Under the pieces are notes generated by a model. The model was not told the origin of the DNA. It saw only the letters and a program-made list of their open reading frames with translations, and made no database searches. 64,000 nt of DNA from Octopus vulgaris. Taxonomy: Eukaryota. The first letter of the stretch is position 1. Each line of letters starts with the position of its first letter. Position numbers and translations under genes: made by a program. The DNA is taken from the NCBI GenBank assembly GCA_951406725.2, contig OX597835.1, positions 29,574,001 to 29,638,000 on the forward strand, given 5' to 3'. This document shows, one piece after another, positions 1 through 10,419 of this stretch.

Positions 1-90
1 TATATATATATATATATATATATATTAAATTGGAACAAACAGAGAGAACAAAGAAAGATATAAAAGTATATATATATGTATATGATATAA

Positions 91-220
91 TATTATATTA
101 AATTAGAGATAAAACCACTATTAGGCAAATCAATATAAATTAATTCATTTTATGTATTGGCTTATGTTTTTCATTGTTTGATTTGCCTAATAGTGGTTTT
201 ATCTCTAATTTAATATAATA
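91..220. repeat. Perfect 43-bp inverted repeat (arms 91-133 and 178-220) in TA-rich flanks
   Basis: TATTATATTAAATTAGAGATAAAACCACTATTAGGCAAATCAA is the exact reverse complement of 178-220; 44-nt spacer. Confidence 0.9.
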
Positions 221-312
221 TAATATAATATATTTATACTATAAAATTGGATTTAATCCTAAATCTGATTTTTCCCTGTAAGTTTGGATTTATTCCCTAA
301 TATTTTATTATT

Positions 313-349
<37 letters not shown>

Positions 350-355
<6 letters not shown>

Positions 356-678
356 TGCCACTTTTTTTACATTCATTTCATGTCCTTCAACCATATTATC
401 AACCCTATTATCTCCCCTTATTTCGCTCTCGCGTCTCATGTTTGATCTTTGACCTCTGGCCGAAATCAGATCGCCATGTTGATTCGTTAGCTACTGCACG
501 CATTTTTTTCTCTCCTTCTTTCTGTGTTTTTTTCTCTCTGTGTATCTTTCTGTTGAAGAGCGTAGGCTCGAAACGTTAAAGACTTGTTTTATTTATATTT
601 CCTGAGCGCCATACTAATACTTCGTTTGTTTTCCACCTGCCTTCGTCTTTTGTCTATTTTCATAAAGCTTCCCGTTAT
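350..678 (+). mobile_element. Penelope-like 3' terminal (pLTR) fragment inserted in (TA)n
   Basis: Flanked by (TA)n; homologous to 12205-12410 and to 44885-45060(-), which lies directly downstream of a GIY-YIG C-terminal remnant. Confidence 0.65.
545..582 (+). ncRNA. Minimal hammerhead-like motif (variant core CUGUUGA)
   Basis: TCTTT-CTGTTGA-A-GAGC(GTAG)GCTC-GAAACGTT-AAAGA: stem I TCTTT/AAAGA, stem II GAGC/GCTC, palindromic ACGT in place of stem III; A6 position is non-canonical. Confidence 0.5.
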
Positions 679-1096
679 ATATATATATATATATACGACT
701 GGCTTCTTTTAGTTTCCGTCACAATGTTTTGGTCGGCCCCAAGCTAAAATAGAAGACACTTGCCCAATGTGCTACATGGAGCCAACACAGCGGAACAGGG
801 GCGACTTTAGAATCTCTGAGGCCATTGTCATACACCAAAAGAAACCTAAGATCAAGAACAGAAGATAGTTACAGGAAGCTGGCTGGTTGCTGCAGCAACA
901 CCTTTCCGTGCATCTCTATTCCACACACGCTCACACACACGCACATCAGCAACATTCGTTAATTTCTTGAAAGTGGGGTCATAACCCCGAAATACTGAAT
1001 GCAAGGTAAGTTTACTTTATTTCATATATTTGTTTTCTTGTGATTTGCCTTGCATTACCTCGCATTGTTCTGACCTTACCCACTTTCCTTTATACA

Positions 1097-1136
<40 letters not shown>

Positions 1137-1139
1137 GTA

Positions 1140-1210
1140 CAAGATGTAATGGCAAGTATTTATTGACCTTATTCTTTCTTTTAAAAATCGGCACGAACTT
1201 TCCAGACAAC

Positions 1211-1216
<6 letters not shown>
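1140..1216 (+). mobile_element. Isolated right end/TIR of a mariner element
   Basis: ATCGGCACGAACTTTCCAGACAACCCAATA matches TIR at 1790-1819; upstream 50 bp is an inverted homolog of 1265-1320. Confidence 0.7.
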
Positions 1217-1264
<48 letters not shown>

Positions 1265-1267
<3 letters not shown>

Positions 1268-1819
1268 GATATTTTAAGAAAAGAAAAAGGTCAATAAATA
1301 CTTGTCAGTATAATAGATACATTTTTAATCAACCAAATACGAATCATTTTGTTGCACAATGCGTCTCCATCTTTCTTTTAACTTGAAAATACCCTCTTCC
1401 CAGAATTGAGGTGGTTTCATGGCAAAGAATTCATCGAGGTATCTTTTTACGTTATCCAAGGAATTGAAATTTTTACCATTAAGACTATTCTGCAGAGACC
1501 TGAATAAGTGGAAATCCGAAGGAGCAATATCTGGTGAATATGGAGGGTAGGGTAACACATCTCAGCCGAGCTACAGCAATTTATGACTGGTTCTTAAAGT
1601 ATCAAGTGCCGAAAATTAACTTTCTTATTTTCTATTTTAAAGGGTTACAGAATTAACACAGCTTATAAGAACATAAACCTTCTTCCATGAAAAGATAGCT
1701 TAAACTGTGCTCTAAATGGAGGTGTAGTCAAATCCTAATTTATGAACTCAACCATGTTCTAAAATAAGTTGAAAGGTAAGCTACTATTAATCGGCACGAA
1801 CTTTCCCGACAACCCAATA
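1265..1819 (-). mobile_element. Internally deleted mariner (Tc1/mariner) element, transposase C-terminus
   Basis: ORF 1325-1558 contains PYSPDIAPSDFHLFRSLQNSL...GIFKLKERWRRIV; TIR TATTGGGTTGTCGGGAAAGTTCGTGCCGATT at 1819-1790. Confidence 0.9.
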
Positions 1820-2285
1820 CATATATGTGTGTGTGAGTTTCTTTTAGTTGAAAAGGAAGGAAGTACTCAATACATGATTTAACTCCTTATAGCTGCATTC
1901 GAGAGCAACATGGAGTTTCCCGCTGATTGAGTTGACATAAATGCATACGTACTCACATGCGTATACATACACTCGTACATAAACACATATAAACACACAA
2001 TCAGACATACACATACATGTACACACACATACATACGCACACATATGTATATATACATAGAATCAGACGCATATAGTTAACAAGTTGTGTATGAGTGCGT
2101 GAGCGCTGGCCCGTGTCTGTGTTTCTGTGTCTGTCAGTATAATAAATAAAATACATGTCTCTCTCTCTATATATATTTTCTTTTCATCTTTCTGTTTCAG
2201 TCGTTAGACTGCGGCCAGACTGGGGCACCTTGAAGAATTTGAGTCTAACAAATCGACTCACGCATTATTATTTAAGCAGGCACAC

Positions 2286-2322
<37 letters not shown>

Positions 2323-2343
2323 AATGTGTGTGCCATTGCGCCT

Positions 2344-2438
<95 letters not shown>

Positions 2439-2441
<3 letters not shown>

Positions 2442-3053
2442 ATAATATGGGGTGAAATTAATTAATTTCATTAATAATCATTAATTTCACCAAGTAGATT
2501 TCGGCATGTAACAGCCTCATTCGAGGAAAATTTAAGTAATACTAAGTAATTAAGGGTTTAGCAACGATTTGCCTCACCACATACCGAATTTAGAAATAGC
2601 AGTCAAAGAGTTATAGCTATTCTTTCTACTAAAAGGGAGATCTCAGTAGAACCGCAGCACTTGAAAGGCAAACACAGACAGGCAAGAGAGAATGAAATGA
2701 CGGCAATCTATCATACAATTTTAAGTCACCTACGGACGTACGTTTCGAAATTAAGTTTTAGGAAATCATAAGAATTAGATAATTATGACTTACCCAAATT
2801 CTTTTCTCATCAGAGGAGGACACTACAATTATGAATAATTGTATATTAAATTTCGAGATACTAGAAGGCATCATCTCAACTCAGTATCAGAGCGAGCTAA
2901 AACCGTTACCAGTATCACCAAATTCAAAATGTGAATGAAAGTTTGTGTCACCAACCCCTTCCCACCAGCATGTAGCCAAGACAAGATGTTGCGGTCATTT
3001 ACTGAGATGAAATATGGTTATCAGTAATAATATAGGGTGAAATTAATTAATTT
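2439..3053 (-). mobile_element. 585-nt ORF-less hammerhead-bearing element with 30-bp terminal direct repeat, inserted in (TA)n
   Basis: GTAATAATAT(G/A)GGGTGAAATTAATTAATTT at 2439-2468 and 3024-3053; long (TA)n on both sides; hammerhead at 2729-2819. Confidence 0.75.
2729..2819 (-). ncRNA. Type I hammerhead ribozyme with extended stem II
   Basis: Minus strand CCTCCT-CTGATGA-GAAA[~25-bp imperfect hairpin]TTTC-GAAAC-GTAC-GTC^CGTAGG; core intact, GUC triplet, palindromic stem III; stem I has mismatches. Confidence 0.7.
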
Positions 3054-3054
3054 G

Positions 3055-3503
<449 letters not shown>

Positions 3504-3784
3504 ATATATATAAAAAGGATAAGACCATTATTTAGAATAACGATCATATCAAGAGTCCAGCATGGAGAAAACCATATAAGTAATAATTATTATAGATATA
3601 TGATAATATAAATATGATTATTTTTAAGGATTCTTAAGAGGCACCACTTCGCCAGAAATAGCAGTCAATCTAGTTTTGACAGCTATTTCTAGCATGGTGA
3701 TGCCTCATTGCTACTCTTGATTATAATTGTGTATATGTATATGTATATATATATATATACGCACACACACACACACAAATATTT

Positions 3785-4005
3785 ATTCAGTGGTTGCTGA
3801 AAAGTTCCTGCCTTTAACGGTGTCGCGAAAAGCCTGGTTGGACGCCCATCGTTCTGCGCTCTTTTACAGGGTATAGAAAAACTAAAGGATCGCAGCAATA
3901 AGTGTGTGAATTGGATAAGGGAATATGTTAAGTAAAATCATAATTAACTGATCCTTCTGTATTTTCTTTTACCCCAAATCAGGAACATTACAACACCCCT
4001 TCGTA
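3785..4005. mobile_element. Mariner-type MITE
   Basis: Ends GGTTGCTGAAAAGTTCCTG / CAGGAAC...CACCCCTTCGTA; same family at 4106-4255 and a right end at 48590-48663. Confidence 0.7.
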
Positions 4006-4014
4006 CATACATAC

Positions 4015-4054
<40 letters not shown>

Positions 4055-4055
4055 A

Positions 4056-4105
<50 letters not shown>

Positions 4106-4107
<2 letters not shown>

Positions 4108-4255
4108 CGAGGGGTTGCTGAAAAGTTCTTGACTTTAAGGGTACCGCGAAAGACCTGGCTGAAGGCCCAAACTTTCAAGATTTTTTACAGGGCTTAGAAA
4201 GAACTGAAAGTTTCTTTAACCCAAAGCCAGGAACTTTTCAGCAGACTCTTTGTAT
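4106..4255. mobile_element. Mariner-type MITE, shorter deletion derivative
   Basis: TACGAGGGGTTGCTGAAAAGTTCTTGACTTT ... AAAGCCAGGAACTTTTCAGCA inverted termini, TA flanks. Confidence 0.7.
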
Positions 4256-4466
4256 ACGATGTGCTTCTTTCAGTTTCTGTCTACCAAATTCACTCGCAAG
4301 GGTTTCATTACAAGGGTTTGGTCAACCGGAGGCTATAGAAAAAAAAAACACTTGCCCATGGTGCCGGGCAGTAGGACTAAACCGGGGACATGTGGTTGGG
4401 AAGCAAGCTACTTTACACCACTGCCACGCCTATATTTACGAATTATACATTCCATGAATACTTACA

Positions 4467-4501
<35 letters not shown>

Positions 4502-4588
4502 TCATACACGCACATATTATTTGCTCTGTATATATATTATATATATACACATACATGCATATATATATATTAATAAATATATATATAA

Positions 4589-4714
<126 letters not shown>

Positions 4715-4850
4715 ATATATACGCATATATGTGTGTATAGGTATATATATATACATACATACACACATACACACACAAGTACATATTATTTGCACCGTCT
4801 TATATATATTATATAAATACACATACATGCATATATATATATATATATAT

Positions 4851-4900
<50 letters not shown>

Positions 4901-4922
4901 CATACATACATACATACATACA

Positions 4923-4954
<32 letters not shown>

Positions 4955-5355
4955 CATAACATAACATCATACACTTCTCTTCAAATCTGCGTTAGATAAT
5001 TTTTTTTGTTTAAGTGAACGTCTTCTGTTTGTTTCACTGTCAGTTATTACAATTCTCCGTTTGACGTCACACTGTTGGTTCACCCAGTACTCCAGGTACT
5101 TAGTACACCCGGATGTTGCTGCTGTTGTTCGTGTTATTGTTGTTGTTGTCGTCGTCGTCATCGTCGTCGTTGTTGTTGTTGTTGTTCATGCCGCTGGTAC
5201 TGCAGCTGCAGTTATGTTTTCCATTTTTAGTTTTTTTTATTTGTTTTACTTTTGTTTGTTTTTTTTTGTTTTTTGGGTTTTTTGCTGCTTTTCTTTCATG
5301 TATTAAGTTTTTTGCAGTTGACTTTTTTTCCTTTATCAATATTACTGTTGTTGTT

Positions 5356-5795
5356 AAGGCGTCGAGCTGGCAGAATTGTTGGCACGCTGGGCTGAATACT
5401 TAGCGGCATTTTGTTCGTCGCTACGTTCCGAGTTCAAATTCCACCGAGGTCGACTATGCCTTTCCTTCTTTCGGCGTCGATAAATTAAGTACCAGTGAAA
5501 TTCTGGGAATGATGTAATCGACTAGTCCCATCATCCAAACTTTCAAGGTCTTGTGCCTATAACAGAAAAGAATATTACTCTTGTTAAGGCGGCGAGCAGA
5601 CAGAATCGTTAGCACGCCGGGCTGAATGCTTAGCGGTATTTCGTCTGTCTTAATGTTCTGTGTTCAAATTCCACCGTGGTTGACTTTACGTTTCGTCTAT
5701 TCTGAGTCGATAAAATAAATACAAGTTCGTGGTCGATATAATCGACCTAACCTTTCCTCGAAAATTGCTGGCCTTGTGCCAAAATTTGAACCAAT
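5356..5795 (+). mobile_element. Two tandem copies of SINE family C (others 7110-7413-, 26355-26530, 30030-30350, 31800-32010, 49260-49445-, 50005-50180, 50620-51117, 51860-52050, 57680-57796-, 58170-58372)
   Basis: Recurrent AAGGCGGCGAGCTGGCAGAATCGTTAGCACG...GTTCAAATTCC...GGTCGACTTTGCCTTTCATCC...GTCGATAAATTAAGTACCAG. Confidence 0.85.
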
Positions 5796-6377
5796 ATTGC
5801 TTTTCTTGTTGTTGTTGTTTTTAGCTACCTCACAGCCATGATTTAACAGTCCGCCCATGACCGTCACATTATCGTTAAGGAATATATAAATCCATATTGT
5901 TATTACTTTCCCTTGTCATATTTATAATTGCTATTTGTTTTGATTTTAGGACGACCTGACTGTTGTTTCTAGCACGTTGTATGTAATCCCATCTTGTTGG
6001 TTCCTTTGTATCTTTGGTTTGATGTTGTTCAATTCTCGGTTAGGCCTGACCCAGAGAATCAATAGTTCCAATTTTAGTCGGTCATGTTACATCTAGGACT
6101 ACATTTTCCAATCCGTCCTTGCTCTTTTGTATTTTTAGCATCCTTATTAACCTTCTACATGTTTCCTCGTTGTTCCCCATTCCCATCTCTTTATCACTAC
6201 TCTCTCATTAACCTATCCACCCCACTCTGTTTTTACCATTTTTGTCTCTCTACTTTTCATTACGCTTTTTCTCCGCCTCTCACTTACATGAACAGACTTT
6301 CTTCACTTGTCAGATTATAATCATATTTAAATGTTAAAGGCGTAGGAGTGGCTGTGTGGTAAGTAGCTTGCTTACGA

Positions 6378-6619
6378 AGATAATGATGGATATATTGATG
6401 GATATATCGATGAGTAGAGGGCGAAGAAGCCTCGTTAGAGGGTTTGAAACCTCATACTGATTTTTTAAAAAAAGAAAATATGTTTTCAAGAAAAATCCAA
6501 TCGGCGGGTTTTGGGTTTCGTCTCCCATTTATTCAATATATTTCATTTTCATTCATTAATGTGTTTGTCCAGCCCGCAGCTACTCTGTATACTGCCTTCA
6601 TGGCAAATAAAATGAAATA
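6378..6619 (+). mobile_element. Short retroposed 3' end flanked by a 17-bp direct repeat, inserted in a SINE family B head
   Basis: AAGTAGCTTGCTTACGA at 6361-6377 and 6620-6636; insert ends with AATAAA-ATGAAATA. Confidence 0.65.
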
Positions 6620-6636
6620 AAGTAGCTTGCTTACGA

Positions 6637-7108
6637 CTCTGTGAACCCAATCAGCCATGAAACTCATTATGCCAGATTTTTTTTAAAAGGGCGGGTGCAG
6701 GTACCCGGTGATTCTTGACGGTCACCACCCCTCCCGGGTGTCATCAGTACCTTGAGCCTGGCCATATAAAGAAGAACTTTCCTCGGGAACAGAGCAAAGT
6801 CCTGGAGAAGTCAATTGTGACCTCTGTAGAAGAGGGAACAAAGGCGGCTGAGGAGACGGAGGACTCCTCAGAGAAGGGCCGCAAGAGAAAGAAGGTGAGC
6901 AACAATGGGTGCTCACCGAAGGATCCTGGGGATGAGAGAGGGGAGGTGAATCTCCCGGTCACGGAGGAGACGCACCCTCCATCAGTTGAGAGGGAAAAAA
7001 GAGGAAGAGGAAGAGAAAGGGACATTGCCGGCAGTCGGTGACATAGCAGCGGAATGTCCCGGCGCCACCGGCAGGGGAAGATACACCGTTGGGAGGAACG
7101 GTGTATCT
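6637..7108 (+). pseudogene. LINE ORF1 (gag-like) fragment with degenerate CCHC zinc knuckle
   Basis: ORF 6715-7041 CHQYLEPGHIKKNFP resembles CX2CX4HX4C, followed by low-complexity E/K-rich linker; higher GC than flanks. Confidence 0.55.
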
Positions 7109-7414
7109 TCCCGAAAGGATGAAAGGCAAAGTCGACCTCGGTGGAATTTGAACTCAGAACGTAGCGGCAGACGAAATACCTATTTCTTTACTACCGTCAG
7201 GGGGCTAAACACAGAGGGGACAAACAAGAACAGACAAACGGATTAAGTCGATTACAACGACCCCAGTGCGTAACTGGTACTTAATTTATCGACCCCGAAA
7301 GGATGAAAGGCAAAGTCGACCTTGGCGGAATTTGAACTCAGAACGTAACGGCAGACGAAATACGGCTACGCATTTCGCTCGGCGTGCTAAAGTGTCTGCC
7401 AGTTCGCCGCCTTA

Positions 7415-7451
<37 letters not shown>

Positions 7452-7703
7452 TATTTAACAATTAAGGATAACCTCTTAATAAGGAATCTTAACAAGAAAT
7501 TATCAGGTAGATAGCGTGAAAAACCTCATAAGAGAAAAATTTCGAAAATAATTCTTTCTTATTGAACATATTAATTTATATATAGAGGGCATTATTATAC
7601 ATACATGCCTCACGCTAAGAGGGACATTAGTCATTTCTACCAAAAATTTTACTAATCATACCCAATGCAATTTTTCAAAGCAAGACATTTAAAAAATGAA
7701 TTT

Positions 7704-7769
7704 AGTCTTGTATCACCTGTGATTTCGTACTTACCGCAGAGATTTGCGACCGTACTCATCAGCAAGACT
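7704..7769 (-). ncRNA. Type I hammerhead ribozyme (copy 1)
   Basis: Reverse complement AGTCTTG-CTGATGA-GTAC...GTAC-GAAA-TCAC(AG)GTGA-TA^CAAGACT. Confidence 0.85.
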
Positions 7770-8347
7770 GATTCTGAACATATCATAAATAAACGACCTG
7801 TACCGCCAAAGCCGAACAGCCAACTGTTCCACTCCAACGAAGCACATGGGGAAGTTTACATATAATACATCCGGTAAATGGCTGGTTTCTTCGAATTGCA
7901 TTTCGGGTAGGAAAAGTTTTTTCGGAATAAAATTATTTAACAATTAAGGATAACCTCTTAATAAGTAATCTTAACAAGAAATTATCAGGTAGATAGCGTG
8001 AAAAACCTCATAAGAGAAAAATTTCGAAAATAATTCTTTCTTATTGAACATATTAATTTATATATATGTTCAATAAGAAAGAATTATTTTCGAAATTTTT
8101 CTCTTATGAGGTTTTTCACGCTATCTACCTGATAATTTCTTGTTAAGATTCCTTATTAAGAGGTTATCCTTAATTGTTAAATAATTTTATTCCGAAAAAA
8201 CTTTTCCTAACCGAAACGCAATTCGAAGAAGCCCGCCATTTACCGGATGTATTATATGTAAACTTCCCCATGTGCTTCGTTAGAGTGGAGCAGTTGGCTG
8301 TTCGGCTTTGGCGGTACAGGTCATTTATTTATGATATGTTCAGAATC

Positions 8348-8413
8348 AGTCTTGCTGATGAGTACGGTCGCAAATCTCTGCGGTACGTACGAAATCACAG
8401 GTGATACAAGACT
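8348..8413 (+). ncRNA. Type I hammerhead ribozyme (copy 2)
   Basis: Stem I AGTCTTG 8348-8354/CAAGACT 8407-8413; core CTGATGA 8355-8361; stem II GTACG/CGTAC plus TCGCA/TGCGG; GAAA 8391-8394; stem III TCAC/GTGA; cleavage predicted after A8406 (AUA). Confidence 0.9.
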
Positions 8414-8542
8414 AAATTCATTTTTTTAAATGTCTTGCTTTGAAAAATTGCATTGGGTATGATTAGTAAAATTTTTGGTAGAAATGACTAATGTCCCTCT
8501 TAGCGTGAGGCATGTATGTATAATAATGCCCTCTATATATAA

Positions 8543-8610
<68 letters not shown>

Positions 8611-8636
8611 GTAAAACTGCCGTGGCTTATAATCGC

Positions 8637-9030
8637 CAGTACGGTTGTGTGGTTAAAAAGCTTGTTTACCAACCATTTCATCTTCAGTTCAATCCCACTG
8701 TGTGAAACCTTTGGGTAAATATCTTGTACTAGAGCCTCTGGCCGGCCAAGGCCTTGAGATTGCAATCGGGAGAGGAGACTGAAACCATCTTGTGTGTCCG
8801 TGTGTGTGTGTGCGCTTGTGTGCGTGTGCGTGAGTGCGTGTGTCTGTACCTTTGTGTTATGTTTGTCTCCCGTTGCCTGTGTTATATTGCCCCCGTAACT
8901 TAGCAGCTCAGCAATGGAGACCGATGAATAAGTACCACTTTATAAAAAATAGTAAATAAAGGGAGCGGTTTCTATAACGGTACTCCAGCAGAACCGCAGT
9001 TCAGTGATTAATACACGTAAAGTATAAATG
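8637..9030 (+). mobile_element. SINE family B, diverged (others 695-780-, 4250-4432-, 6338-6377+, 21380-21565-, 44517-44825+, 45868-45965-, 56812-57310+)
   Basis: GGCTGTGTGGTAAG(T/A)AGCTTG...GGTTCAGTCCCACTGCGTGGCACCTTGGGCAA head with internal microsatellite. Confidence 0.8.
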
Positions 9031-9314
9031 GTATTATACTTTATTGGAATTAACTATTTTTGCTGGTAAAATATTACGGTAATGGTATGATGAGTAAAAT
9101 TCGTAAAAGCATTTGGGAGTTGTGTTTTGATATTGCAGAAAATATGATAAACTTCATCATTCAAATTTTGATTTCGAATTTTGACACAAGGCCATCAATA
9201 TCGGCATAGGGGGTAGGTCGATTACATCGCCTCCAGAGTTCCACTAGTACATTTTTTTTTTATCTCGAAAGGATGAATCAACCTCGGCAGAATTTGTCTG
9301 TCTAATGAACTCGT

Positions 9315-9786
9315 AAAACGAGGGTGAGATTTGGTGGCTATTTTTTGTAGGTCTAGTGACGTTGCTGAGGTTGCCTCCTTCTTGAAGACAGCAACGTATA
9401 AAACGAGGGTGATCTGTTTGCTATTTTTAGTAGGTTTAGTAATATTGTAGTGGTTCGCCTGTTTACTCGGAGACAGCGGCGAGTAAAATGAGGGGGATTT
9501 GGTTATCATTTCTTGAAAGTCTGGTAACATTCAAGATGTTCCCCCGTTAACTCAAAGACACTAAGGTATATGAGGGTGATTTGGTTGCAATTTCTTTCTG
9601 GTATAGTGACCTTGTGGATGTTCCACTCGTCGACTCAAAGACAGTAAGGTGTAATATAAAGGTGATTTGGTTGTCATTTCTAGTAGGTCTAGCAACATTC
9701 TAGACAGCAAGACGTAACAGGAGAGCGAATTGGTTGTTATTTCTAGTAGGTCTGGTGACCTTGTAGAGGTTCTACTGCTGGCTCGT
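9315..9786 (+). repeat. Diverged tandem array of ~85-bp units (~6 copies)
   Basis: Repeating GAGGGTGATTTGGTTGCTATTTCTAGTAGGTCTAG...AAGACAG at ~9318, 9404, 9489, 9571, 9660, 9722. Confidence 0.8.
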
Positions 9787-10419
9787 ATCCATAATAGACT
9801 TTCATGGTGGTCTTTAATATTTCTGTTTTGACAATTGCCAACAACTGTACAAGATATCTCTGGTATGATGATAGATTTAACATTTTACCCTCCAAATAAC
9901 GCCAACTCTTATCTTGAAGTGGTAAAAATAAATAAATAAATAAAAATAAATGATAAAAAATTTAAAAATACAGAAATTCATTCTTTCGATGATTCCTTCG
10001 TGTTTGTGTTTTGAGTATTTCACAGATTCTCGTGTTGATACATAAAACAAACTGACATGGCTGGACATAAAATTTTTACAATGTAGATATTTTCTATTTT
10101 CCATCTCTGATTTTTTCTAGAATAATATCCAAGAAAAAAAAAGATCGAAATATTTCTTGGGATGTTTTTAACCAACCTTTGACTGTTTCTGTTAAAATAT
10201 TATTTCATTTATTTGTTTTTATTTCATTTGATTTTACATTTTTTAAATTTTTATCTATTCAATTATTTATTTAACTATACAAAATTAATTTAAACAAAGC
10301 AGATAATGAAATACTGCAGATGGGTTCATAAATTTGACTTAACATATTAATATACTGAATTCTGTGTGCAGATATTTTTTGCGTGGGGGTGGATATTAAA
10401 AAACCCAATTAAATTCCAA

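Larger units (their letters stand above)
7448..8545. mobile_element. Hammerhead-bearing 482-nt repeat: ~1.3 tandem units on - strand joined head-to-head to one inverted unit, inside (TA)n
   Basis: 137-bp direct repeat 7448-7584 = 7930-8066 (period 482); inverted arms 7573-8053 / 8064-8545; (TA)n at both ends. Confidence 0.9.

Noticed and set aside
7731-8404. Paired 70/76-aa ORFs MLNNFIPKKLF...
   Set aside because: Same sequence seen twice because of the inversion; non-ATG starts, no recognisable domain, overlap the ribozyme
9315-9786. CRISPR-like repeat periodicity
   Set aside because: Whole units are homologous and diverged, with no unique spacers and no cas genes; eukaryotic context
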